A DNA stretch of 62,505 bases, from contig PATD01000038.1 in assembly GCA_002713585.1 (NCBI GenBank), positions 5,362 through 67,866 on the forward strand, in the 5' to 3' direction. A program made the position numbers and the translations under genes. This document shows, piece by piece, positions 37,743 through 45,810 of this stretch (positions are counted from its first letter, which is position 1; each line of letters starts with the position of its first letter). Under the pieces are notes generated by a model, which did no database searches, was not told the DNA's origin, and saw nothing but the letters and a program-made list of their open reading frames with translations. The DNA is from Methanobacteriota archaeon. Lineage in GTDB: Archaea; Thermoplasmatota; Poseidoniia; Poseidoniales; Thalassarchaeaceae.

Positions 37743-39842
37743 TCATTCAGTCGTACTTTGGAGCCAGCCTACCATCCGGCCTCGTTCCGCGTCCATTATC
37801 AGATCGAAAGAATGCTCTGATTCCCCTTCTGACCATGATCTCGTGGCTGTGAAAGTAACCTCACCCTCGTCGATATCATCAATGAAATCAAGGAGGTCTG
37901 TATCTTGTGTGACTACGAGACGTGAGGTGAATTCTACGTCTGAACGTAGTGTACCTCCATCCATCAACACCTGAGTCGCTCCAAGGAAATCTGACGTATC
38001 CATCATTCTCGATTGCATCTCAGAAATTGACAAAGTATTGGGAACCGCATTGAGGTTGTACTCTGGAGCATCCGATGGGGCAAGAGTTCCGTCATTTACA
38101 ACTGTACAATTGTTGCCTGAAGAACGTACTAAAGTCCATCCCGCATCGGAATCAGGGTCAACCCAACTAAGATTCCATGTCTCCTCAACACCATCATTTG
38201 CATGGTTCATTCTGTACAGGTAACCATCGTTATTGAGGGCGGAACGAACACCATTTCCTGCGCTCGAATTCATGAGGCATTCGACTGCTTCTTCAACTGT
38301 GAATGCATGGACTGCTGATTCATCAGGCATGTGCCCATCCCACTGCACCTGCGTATTTGGGATTCCTTCACCAGCACCTGGTCGACTATTGTATAAGTCG
38401 CCCCAAACAATCGCACGTTCCCCTGCAGTGAAAGTAGATTCGCGAAGTGTGTAGGTGATTACCAACTGACCATCGGGAACCGCGAAGTCAAGGGCTGCTG
38501 ATTCATGCCAACTACAATCACTCGATTCACGGGCTTTGTCAATGAGGATGTCCACCTTCTGCTCCACAGGCCACGGCGCCCCCTCGCGTACGAGAAGGTC
38601 GATCTTCGCATGACCAAGGCATGTGGCAATACTCGGTTGCTCCATCTTGATAGGTACAAGAATTTCACCGTTTACGCGCTGTGTAGGCTCAACAGTATAG
38701 TCCCAACCTTCTGCAGTTCCGGTTGACCCCTCCTCAAGAATAATGGAACCAAAGGTAGAACGCAAATCCAGTGGTACCGCGGGTTGCAAAAAAAGCGGTA
38801 ATGCTTCATCTATAGCTGTGATTCCTGTACCTCCAAAGGCAGTGTTCTTCAACATACTCCGATCCCCATCGGGGGTGACGAAGTCCAGTGTAGCTTCAGA
38901 ACGGATGGTTGTCGATTCAGTCAACTCCTCCCAAGAAGTAACAGAGATATCCACTGAATTCGCATTCATTTCCCATGTGAGACTACTACTACAACGACTC
39001 CCGTCATTGGTCCATGTCCTACCTGAGAGGTCAGCTAGAAGATCGTAAGAAAGCGATCGTTCGGCTGCAAGATGAATGCGGCCATAACCGTCCCTCGTCT
39101 CAGTAGCTCCAGCATTGTCCCGATCAGTAGGGTCACCAATCTCCGATGTCGGAGCATCACGATAGGCGATACTCGACAGCCCATTCATTGTAATTGCAAG
39201 ATCCCCACAAGCCTTCTCCAATGCCGATCCCGTATTGTCACGAAGCAGAGCGACCATGTCGTTACCATTGACTTGAACTGAACCGCCCGTCATAGTGAAA
39301 TCCATACTATCTCCATAGCGTGCAGGTTCAACAGCGAAAGCTTGCTGATCCTGCATCCAAGTCCACCAGTAGCCTCCACCGGCCAAAGCCGCTACTAGGA
39401 GGAGGCCCCCAAGGAAAATGGCTCGACTCGGCTTGCTACTATCACCCAAGGAAACGGAGGCGTTTAGCTTACTACGTGCCTCAGCCCTCGGCTTGGATTC
39501 CGGTGAATCTACAATCACAGCTTCTAGAATAGTTGCCTCAAGAATCTCGACACTCTCTTTCTCAACCTTGGGTTCAATTACAGGGGAGGGATCTTCTAAA
39601 GGGAGCTCAGACGATTCTGTCTCCTCTTCTTCAAGAAGGAGGAAACCCTCATCCTCGTTGGACTCTTTTATCTCTGATAGAACCTCTTCATCAGGGCCCT
39701 TAGTATCCTGTTCATCAAGCCGCAGAGAATCGATAATTCGATCAATTAATTCTGACTTTTTTCCAGAACGGGGAAGCCCCATCGCTTCGAGAAGAACCTT
39801 GAGATCGGCGACTGTTCGCTTCTCAAGATCACCTCGCTTCAT
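37743..39842 (-). CDS. Membrane protein: cytoplasmic SAP/HeH-like motif, acidic linker, one TM helix, ~525-aa extracytoplasmic domain
   Basis: N-terminus RTVADLKVLLEAMGLPRSGKKSELIDRIIDSL fits the SAP/Rho_N helix-extension-helix pattern. TM IFLGGLLLVAALAGGGYWWTW near aa 150-172. Same strand as parA and 36 nt upstream of it. Confidence 0.6.
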   Translation of the reverse strand: MKRGDLEKRTVADLKVLLEAMGLPRSGKKSELIDRIIDSLRLDEQDTKGPDEEVLSEIKESNEDEGFLLLEEEETESSELPLEDPSPVIEPKVEKESVEILEATILEAVIVDSPESKPRAEARSKLNASVSLGDSSKPSRAIFLGGLLLVAALAGGGYWWTWMQDQQAFAVEPARYGDSMDFTMTGGSVQVNGNDMVALLRDNTGSALEKACGDLAITMNGLSSIAYRDAPTSEIGDPTDRDNAGATETRDGYGRIHLAAERSLSYDLLADLSGRTWTNDGSRCSSSLTWEMNANSVDISVTSWEELTESTTIRSEATLDFVTPDGDRSMLKNTAFGGTGITAIDEALPLFLQPAVPLDLRSTFGSIILEEGSTGTAEGWDYTVEPTQRVNGEILVPIKMEQPSIATCLGHAKIDLLVREGAPWPVEQKVDILIDKARESSDCSWHESAALDFAVPDGQLVITYTLRESTFTAGERAIVWGDLYNSRPGAGEGIPNTQVQWDGHMPDESAVHAFTVEEAVECLMNSSAGNGVRSALNNDGYLYRMNHANDGVEETWNLSWVDPDSDAGWTLVRSSGNNCTVVNDGTLAPSDAPEYNLNAVPNTLSISEMQSRMMDTSDFLGATQVLMDGGTLRSDVEFTSRLVVTQDTDLLDFIDDIDEGEVTFTATRSWSEGESEHSFDLIMDAERGRMVGWLQSTTE
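39723..39842 (-). other. SAP/HeH-like motif coding segment (aa 1-40)
   Basis: L-x2-(R/K)-T-V-A-D-L-K-x-L-L-x3-G-L-x3-G-K-K-x-E-L-I-D-R-I. Confidence 0.55.
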
Positions 39843-39934
39843 CGGTCCACGCTCCCTTTCTCTATGTTGACGTCTCCGTCGCCACTATCAAACCGTTGGA
39901 CTCAGAGTGTAACGGATTGAGATTTTAGTCCCTA

Positions 39935-41284
39935 TCATTGACCGCCGCGATATTTTGCGATTTGTTCAGCGGACCATCCCGCAGCAAGGAGTTGCTCATC
40001 GGTGTACTGATCAATCTGTGTGGCCCCAGAGTTGTCATTTTCGTCACTTTGCTGAACCTCGTTAGCAGAAACCTGTTCTTCTTCAATGGGCTCACTGACA
40101 GCTTCCTCGGCCTCAGCAACAATATCTGTCGAAGATTCTTCCTCCGATGACATCTCCTTGGACATCACTGGACTTTCATCGGCGGCATCAGTGTTCTCTG
40201 CACCTGTAGTTAGATCCATGCCAAGTTCACGCTCAGCATCGGCAGCATCGAGTACCTGTTTCTCTGTTGATTTGTCTGAAGTCTCAGGATATCTGACCCT
40301 CTTGTACGCAACACCTGCCTTCTGTGCACCAATGAGGGCGGCTCCCAGTAGGGGGAGGATAAGTAGGCAGATTGGGAGCAGTAAGGCGCGTGGCCAAAAC
40401 ATCTGAGCCTCTGCATCCACAGTAGCCTTCCATTGGTAGTTCGTACCCTGCCATTGGTCAGAATTCAGTTGTTGGCCTTCGATGTACTGAAAGACGAGGC
40501 AATGCCGACCTGGCTTCACTGTAAGAGCATATTCCACCTCTTGACCCGAAGGAAGAGCAGGCGCATCTGACCGATCATAACGAATCACCTGAGATTCTGT
40601 CGTAATGTCCTCCATCAACGAGGAAGACTCCCAAGGAAGTGAAGGAGACATCATTGCGCAACCATCTGGTGCTTCAAATAAGCCAAGGCGGAAAGAGGTG
40701 TTTCCACCATCGAAGCGATGGCCCTTGAGACTCACTTTAACTTGAACATCGTTGATTGGACCAAGATCAAGGATAGGGAAACCAATCATCAATTGATTCA
40801 AATCTTGTTCAAACGAGCCTGCATTAGAATCACTGCCATCCCAAATCTTGTTTTCAGCACGATCATTTACCTCCTCTAGTGACCAATGGGGATTTGGATT
40901 CGCATCTGAAGTGTCCATCCAAGACTCGACCTCGATTGCACTAAGATTCTGATGCGGATTCACAGTATGATCTCCTTGAGTCACAGGGAAAAACGAGAAC
41001 GTGAACAGAATAGTAAGAACCCCAAGAACAAGATAGACATTCATTCTCTTGTTGGAGCGGTTCTCCTTGAGGTTACTCAATTGCTTTTCTCGACGCTCCT
41101 TTCGGTTCCTTCGATCCTCCATCTCTGAGATGGGATCAAACGCTGCTTCTGGAGCGGACTTCGGGCCAACAGGTGGGGCCACTGATGGGCCTTGGACAGA
41201 GGCTGATGGCCCTGCAGATGATACCTCGCTAGCGGGTGGATTCCCGGGCTGCATGGCTTGACCGATGACGGACTTCGATTTCAA
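39935..41284 (-). CDS. Two-TM membrane protein: Pro/Ala-rich and basic cytoplasmic N-terminus, ~220-aa outside domain, acidic cytoplasmic C-terminus ending in a GW motif
   Basis: TM1 VYLVLGVLTILFTFSFFPV. TM2 LLLPICLLILPLLGAALIGA. C-terminal DQYTDEQLLAAGWSAEQIAKYRGGQ. Confidence 0.55.
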   Translation of the reverse strand: MKSKSVIGQAMQPGNPPASEVSSAGPSASVQGPSVAPPVGPKSAPEAAFDPISEMEDRRNRKERREKQLSNLKENRSNKRMNVYLVLGVLTILFTFSFFPVTQGDHTVNPHQNLSAIEVESWMDTSDANPNPHWSLEEVNDRAENKIWDGSDSNAGSFEQDLNQLMIGFPILDLGPINDVQVKVSLKGHRFDGGNTSFRLGLFEAPDGCAMMSPSLPWESSSLMEDITTESQVIRYDRSDAPALPSGQEVEYALTVKPGRHCLVFQYIEGQQLNSDQWQGTNYQWKATVDAEAQMFWPRALLLPICLLILPLLGAALIGAQKAGVAYKRVRYPETSDKSTEKQVLDAADAERELGMDLTTGAENTDAADESPVMSKEMSSEEESSTDIVAEAEEAVSEPIEEEQVSANEVQQSDENDNSGATQIDQYTDEQLLAAGWSAEQIAKYRGGQ

Positions 41285-41351
41285 TCGAACCCATGTCTTC
41301 GATGCGCCCTCTCAAGGGATGATTTGAAGATGGGAACGGGTGGCTCGGCGA

Positions 41352-42515
41352 ATGATGAGAGCGATGCGTCTGTGCATCCTATCCCGCGGCCCACAGCTGT
41401 ATAGCACACGACGGCTGGTAACTGAAGCAGAAAACCGCGGAGCAGAGGTAGAAATTGTCGATCCGTTAGAAACAAGCCTCGTTCTCGGCGAACGGAATGG
41501 ACAGGTTATCCACCGTGGCTGGCCTATTCAGGCTGACGCAGTTATTCCAAGAATTGGTTACTCAGTGACATCTGAAGGCGTGCGTGTTGTCCGACAATTC
41601 GAATCACAAGGCGTCTATGTTGCCAACTCAGCCGACTCTATCCTTCGCAGTCGGGACAAGCTAACAGCATCTCAAATTCTGTCGCATCAAGGAATCCCAG
41701 TCCCACGGACCGCACTTGTAACATCTTGGCGAGATACTGAAAGGGCAATCTCGAGAGTTGGTGGGGTACCTTGTGTGATTAAGGCAAGTCAAGGGACTCA
41801 AGGAGACTCTGTCCATCTTGCTCATTCAATTCGAGATGCAAAGGAACTTGCCTACCGTTTACTTGCAAATAGAGAAACTGTTCTCGTCCAAGAGTATATT
41901 CGAGAAAGTCATGGAAGGGATGTACGAGTAATTGTGGCTGGGGGCGAAGTAGTTGCTGCGATGCGCCGTGTGGCAAGGGGGCGTGAATTCCGGTCCAACT
42001 TCCATCTTGGAGGTCAAGTGGAGACGATTGAATTAGAGGATGAATATGCTAAGGTTGCTATTCGTGCTGCAAATCTCCTTGGTATTGAGGTCGGCGGGGT
42101 TGATCTCCTTGAAGGACGAAGTGGTCCAATCCTCCTTGAAGTCAATTCAAGTCCAGGATTAGAAGGAATTGAGAAAGCTTCGAAGATAAATGTCGCAGGG
42201 AGAATCATCGACATGGTTTCACAGCGTCATAGAATTCAGTCAACAGATCTCCAACAAGTTATCCGCCGTCGCTCAGGCCATGGGGCATTGACTATTCGAA
42301 TCAAGGATTGGCCTGAGTTCATCGGGCGACGAATCAAAGATGTGCAAATGGGAGATTCACGCGCATTGACGCTGTTGCGTGGCAAGGACCATATCTGGTC
42401 CCCAAACGAGAATCTAGTTCTACAGCCAAACGATGAACTGGTGATCTATGGGGAAATCGCTTCGATTCGCACGCATATGCAAGGGCACGACACTGCTTCG
42501 GAAGAAAGATTCTGA
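41352..42515 (+). CDS. RimK-type ATP-grasp ligase fused to a C-terminal RCK_C/TrkA_C-like domain
   Basis: MRLCILSRG...YSTRRL, VIKASQGTQGDSV, GRDVRVIVAGGEVV, FRSNFHLGG and GVDLLE...LEVNSSPGLEGIE are RimK/ATP-grasp blocks. The tail ...IGRRIKDVQMGDSRALTLLRGKDHIWSPNENLVLQPNDELVIYG is TrkA_C-like. GTG at 41340 is an alternative start. Confidence 0.7.
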   Translation: MMRAMRLCILSRGPQLYSTRRLVTEAENRGAEVEIVDPLETSLVLGERNGQVIHRGWPIQADAVIPRIGYSVTSEGVRVVRQFESQGVYVANSADSILRSRDKLTASQILSHQGIPVPRTALVTSWRDTERAISRVGGVPCVIKASQGTQGDSVHLAHSIRDAKELAYRLLANRETVLVQEYIRESHGRDVRVIVAGGEVVAAMRRVARGREFRSNFHLGGQVETIELEDEYAKVAIRAANLLGIEVGGVDLLEGRSGPILLEVNSSPGLEGIEKASKINVAGRIIDMVSQRHRIQSTDLQQVIRRRSGHGALTIRIKDWPEFIGRRIKDVQMGDSRALTLLRGKDHIWSPNENLVLQPNDELVIYGEIASIRTHMQGHDTASEERF

Positions 42516-42600
42516 CCTTCAATCACCCCTCTTCACCTTCTGATGAAATGAGAGGGTTCAAACCCGACACCTCGTTCCACATCTACCCTTCGGGGATGGG

Positions 42601-43653
42601 ATGGGACCCATGGACGACCAACGACAGCGGAGCGGATGGGCTGCAGACGGCCCAGCGGGCCGCATCGCTACTCCTTTCGATTCATCTATCACAGGGAACA
42701 GCCAAGTCCTCCCTGCACGCCTAGTTCGAATCCAGCATCTTTCCTGTCTTCCACTTTGGGAGACCCAATTAAGATCGGAAAAGAAGAGCAATCATACAAT
42801 CCGGTCATACATGTCCACAGCACGACGATTCTCGGCGACGGTTATACCGGGAGAAGAGGAGGTCGATATTGAGGAGATATCGATTACAGAAATGCATGAC
42901 CGCTGTAATCCGAACAATGGGCGTCTGGACCTATTCATCCAAGCTATCGCTAATCTAAGACCTGCAACAATCAACGCACGTATTGCTGCACTGAGTCATC
43001 TGTTCCGTTACATAGGGCACAGGATACCTGATTGGGTACATCGGCCCACTTCTTCTCGGCCTCTACCACGAACCCTCACTAGAGAGGAGGTCATGCGTGT
43101 TCGTAGGGCTGCTCAAGATTCCGAAAATCCGCTTGCTCAACCCATCATTACGCTTCTCCTCGATACCGGAATGCGGGTATCCGAGTTATGCGCTCTTGAG
43201 ACCGGAACCATCGATCTAGCTGACCGTTCAGCCCGAGTCTATGGGGGGAAGGGTGACAAGGACCGGACCGTCTTATTCACAGAACGCTCAGTAAATGCAA
43301 TGGAAGCCTGGTTCGGAACACGGCGACTATTGGTCCAAAGAAGGAATCCACCTAACGAGGATGTAGATGCTGTTTTTCTAACCAATCGTGTTGCACGCAT
43401 CAGCACTCGCTATGTTCAGAAGATGATGGACGTCATTGCCGACGATGCCCTCATCCCGAGAACGCGTCTGACACCTCATACCCTAAGACACAACTTCGCA
43501 ACTGGCCTTCTTGAACGAGGAGTAGATCTTGTCTCAATCCAGAGGCTTCTAGGGCATTCTAACATTCAAACGACACGAATCTATCTGGATATTAGTGATC
43601 AGACGTTGAGAGAAATCTACCACCGGGCCCAGAGTGCGTCTCTAGAAGAGTAA
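42601..43653 (+). CDS. xerA: Tyrosine recombinase (XerA/XerC/XerD-like)
   Basis: Core-binding block SNHTIRSYMSTARRF. Catalytic residues in DTGMRVSEL (R), HTLRHNFAT (H-x-x-R) and LGHSNIQTTRIY (H, Y). Confidence 0.8.
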   Translation: MGPMDDQRQRSGWAADGPAGRIATPFDSSITGNSQVLPARLVRIQHLSCLPLWETQLRSEKKSNHTIRSYMSTARRFSATVIPGEEEVDIEEISITEMHDRCNPNNGRLDLFIQAIANLRPATINARIAALSHLFRYIGHRIPDWVHRPTSSRPLPRTLTREEVMRVRRAAQDSENPLAQPIITLLLDTGMRVSELCALETGTIDLADRSARVYGGKGDKDRTVLFTERSVNAMEAWFGTRRLLVQRRNPPNEDVDAVFLTNRVARISTRYVQKMMDVIADDALIPRTRLTPHTLRHNFATGLLERGVDLVSIQRLLGHSNIQTTRIYLDISDQTLREIYHRAQSASLEE

Positions 43654-43851
43654 TCACCGTTTTCTGCCTGGTCGCTTCTTGTTCTCACGCTTATCGATAT
43701 CTTCGGGGCCGGTCCAATTCTTAGAGGGACGAACATCATTGCCAGAATGGCCTGGAATAGGACAGTGCTTACCAGAACGACAACGAGAGCAATTGTCCTT
43801 GGGTGGAATCTCGAGAGGCTTCGTTAGCCGCCCGTACTTCCGTCTTGGCAT
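43654..43851 (-). CDS. Small (65 aa) highly basic protein with a zinc-knuckle-like C-x2-C-x4-H-x5-H motif, hypothetical
   Basis: MPRRKYGR...CSRCRSGKHCPIPGH...KKRPGRKR. Its stop abuts the xer stop (TAATCA). Strand assignment is not certain, because a 63-aa ORF exists on the plus strand. Confidence 0.4.
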   Translation of the reverse strand: MPRRKYGRLTKPLEIPPKDNCSRCRSGKHCPIPGHSGNDVRPSKNWTGPEDIDKRENKKRPGRKR

Positions 43852-43889
43852 GATTGCATTCCCGAATTGAGGGAAGATAGTGAATGCGG

Positions 43890-44261
43890 TTAATCCGAGC
43901 GCCGAATACGCTTCATCATGTCTTTAACACTCTTCGGAGCACTCAACTTTTTGCCGATCTGATCGCCGCGGACACCGCTCTCTGTATCACTGATGGTGGA
44001 CTTAGGCGAAGGTGCCTTCGGAGTTGGCTTCTTCTTTTCCATCTTCTTCTTGGCCTTGGTGACAGCGCTAGATGCGACTGCTTTTGCAATCTTAGTTGCA
44101 GTTCCAGCACTAATGCCTGCCGCCTTGAGGCCCTTGAGGCCCGCCTTCGCGACATCTGCCTTGGATTTCATGCCAGCACCTGCCAACTTCTTCGCTGTTG
44201 CTTCCCCTACACCTGGAATAGCAGTCAACGCATCAATCACTTTCTTGCTTGGCTTCGCCAT
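43890..44261 (-). CDS. Lys/Ala-rich (HhH)2-type DNA-binding protein, possible nucleoid-associated protein
   Basis: LTAIPGVGEATAKKLAGAG and LKAAGISAGTATKIAKA helix-hairpin-helix motifs, then the tail KAKKKMEKKKPTPKAPSPK. Start trimmed to MAKPSKK. Confidence 0.55.
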   Translation of the reverse strand: MAKPSKKVIDALTAIPGVGEATAKKLAGAGMKSKADVAKAGLKGLKAAGISAGTATKIAKAVASSAVTKAKKKMEKKKPTPKAPSPKSTISDTESGVRGDQIGKKLSAPKSVKDMMKRIRRSD

Positions 44262-44316
44262 GAATGGGTTGGATTCTCGGCCGTGTATGAACATCACGCT
44301 GCATTACACCGGATGA

Positions 44317-45099
44317 ATGATGACCGAGAGATGTAATCCAATATCCATGGAGGACCGCTTCATCCTGTGGGCGCAGGTGCGAAGTGGCACCCCAAGGATG
44401 CGTATCGACTCGGGAGGAGTCCTGCGACCTGAACGCTGGCCAGATGGTGGAGGAAAGGTGTACCTTGGCGATGTTGCGAGTTCGTTCCTAAGTGCACTCG
44501 GACCACATGCACCTCCAGAATTCATCGAACACCCCGGATTCGACGAACAACGATGGACCCTGGCAGCATCCTCAAGCGGCTTGCAGATCATCATCCGCAG
44601 TGAATCCTACTGGGGCTTCGCTCTGCTCGCTCGATGTTATCTAAATCGTATCGAGATTGTTGGTGAACGCAGTGATGTAGGTCGACTCGTGATGGATGTC
44701 TTATCTAGCCTCGGACATAATCCATGGAATGCAGCATTTGGTTGGGCATTCAGGCGACATACGGGTCTATCAATTCCAGAGCACCGAGAAGAATGGTCAG
44801 GATTGGCCTCGTCGGGCAAAGAAGAGATGGATGCTGCAATCAATCTGCTTGAAGACCGATTACGAAAACTGAAATCAAGAACCGATTCTGTAATCAAAAC
44901 CCATGTCGAGGGAGCCAGAAATGACATAGATCGAGCAAGAAAAGCACTCCTCGAACGAAATCTACCTTCCGCGATGCGCGCGATGGCTCGTGCTGAGAAG
45001 GAACTCATCCTCGCAGATCCGGATACTAGATCGGATATTGATGACATCGAAGAGGATGAAGATGAGATACCCTATGTCGATTTGACAGGTGAGGAATAA
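44317..45099 (+). CDS. Hypothetical protein with a C-terminal coiled-coil and acidic tail
   Basis: Long ORF with no recognisable family. The stop is back-to-back with the convergent Sec61beta gene. Confidence 0.45.
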   Translation: MMTERCNPISMEDRFILWAQVRSGTPRMRIDSGGVLRPERWPDGGGKVYLGDVASSFLSALGPHAPPEFIEHPGFDEQRWTLAASSSGLQIIIRSESYWGFALLARCYLNRIEIVGERSDVGRLVMDVLSSLGHNPWNAAFGWAFRRHTGLSIPEHREEWSGLASSGKEEMDAAINLLEDRLRKLKSRTDSVIKTHVEGARNDIDRARKALLERNLPSAMRAMARAEKELILADPDTRSDIDDIEEDEDEIPYVDLTGEE

Positions 45100-45288
45100 T
45101 CAACCAATTTTCTCCCAAATCCACTGCCATACGCCGTGGTTTGCAAGATAAATAGCGATGGATAGGGCGAAACAAGCCGCATAGACCGCACTCTTCGGAA
45201 TCTGAAGGGCATCTTCAGACTCCTCATCGAAGTACCGGATGAGTCCTGCGGCTTGCTGGATGCCGCTGTTATCCTTCTTCTTCGCCAT
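45100..45288 (-). CDS. secG: Preprotein translocase subunit Sec61beta (archaeal SecG)
   Basis: MAKKKDNSGIQQAAGLIRYFDEE...LQIPKSAVYAACFALSIAIYL fits the tail-anchored Sec61beta pattern (basic N-terminus, aGLi.yfde, P..V, single C-terminal TM). Confidence 0.65.
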   Translation of the reverse strand: MAKKKDNSGIQQAAGLIRYFDEESEDALQIPKSAVYAACFALSIAIYLANHGVWQWIWEKIG

Positions 45289-45350
45289 GCGAACCATTCT
45301 TCCCGACCGTGGGGGCCTATTTGACCGTGACGCACCCGGATTCGCCGTAA

Positions 45351-45782
45351 TCAGGGAGCCAAAGCTTCGACAAGAACGACACCGTCATGGAATTCAACGA
45401 TGCGGGAAGCGGATTCTACCGCTGCATCGAGAGTATGAGTCATGAATAGTTCACGACGTCGTCCATCCTTCATCTGTAACACCAAACGATGGGTTAGTTT
45501 GGAAAGCGTGGATCTGTCAACAGTCTGCCAGACCCAGTGGTCAGTCTCAATGGTTACAAGAGCTTCGACAGGTACCAATGCGCCTTCTGCACGACCATAG
45601 AGGCGTGCCCTATCAGTCAAAGAACGTAGTTTACGTACTGTCTCATTCGTGTTCGTACGAATCAATCGGCCCTCGTCCTTAGCGTATCTCGATGACCTTC
45701 GGCTAATCTGTTCCTGCATTTCCATCCCATCCCGACCCTTGCAGGTCGATGTATGCAATCTTGAAAATAGATATTTAATCAT
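45351..45782 (-). CDS. Hypothetical protein
   Basis: ORF only. The start is uncertain; internal Mets at 45725/45719 are possible. Confidence 0.4.
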   Translation of the reverse strand: MIKYLFSRLHTSTCKGRDGMEMQEQISRRSSRYAKDEGRLIRTNTNETVRKLRSLTDRARLYGRAEGALVPVEALVTIETDHWVWQTVDRSTLSKLTHRLVLQMKDGRRRELFMTHTLDAAVESASRIVEFHDGVVLVEALAP

Positions 45783-45810
45783 GATTGCAAATTAACTATT
45801 GATATGCCGT

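Noticed and set aside
42553-42580. A tRNA-like 'GGGTTCAAACCC' segment between rimK-like and xer, considered as a tRNA fragment or att site for an integrase.
   Set aside because: Only a 3-bp stem can form around the loop. No acceptor or anticodon arms can be built, and no matching repeat was found elsewhere in the window.
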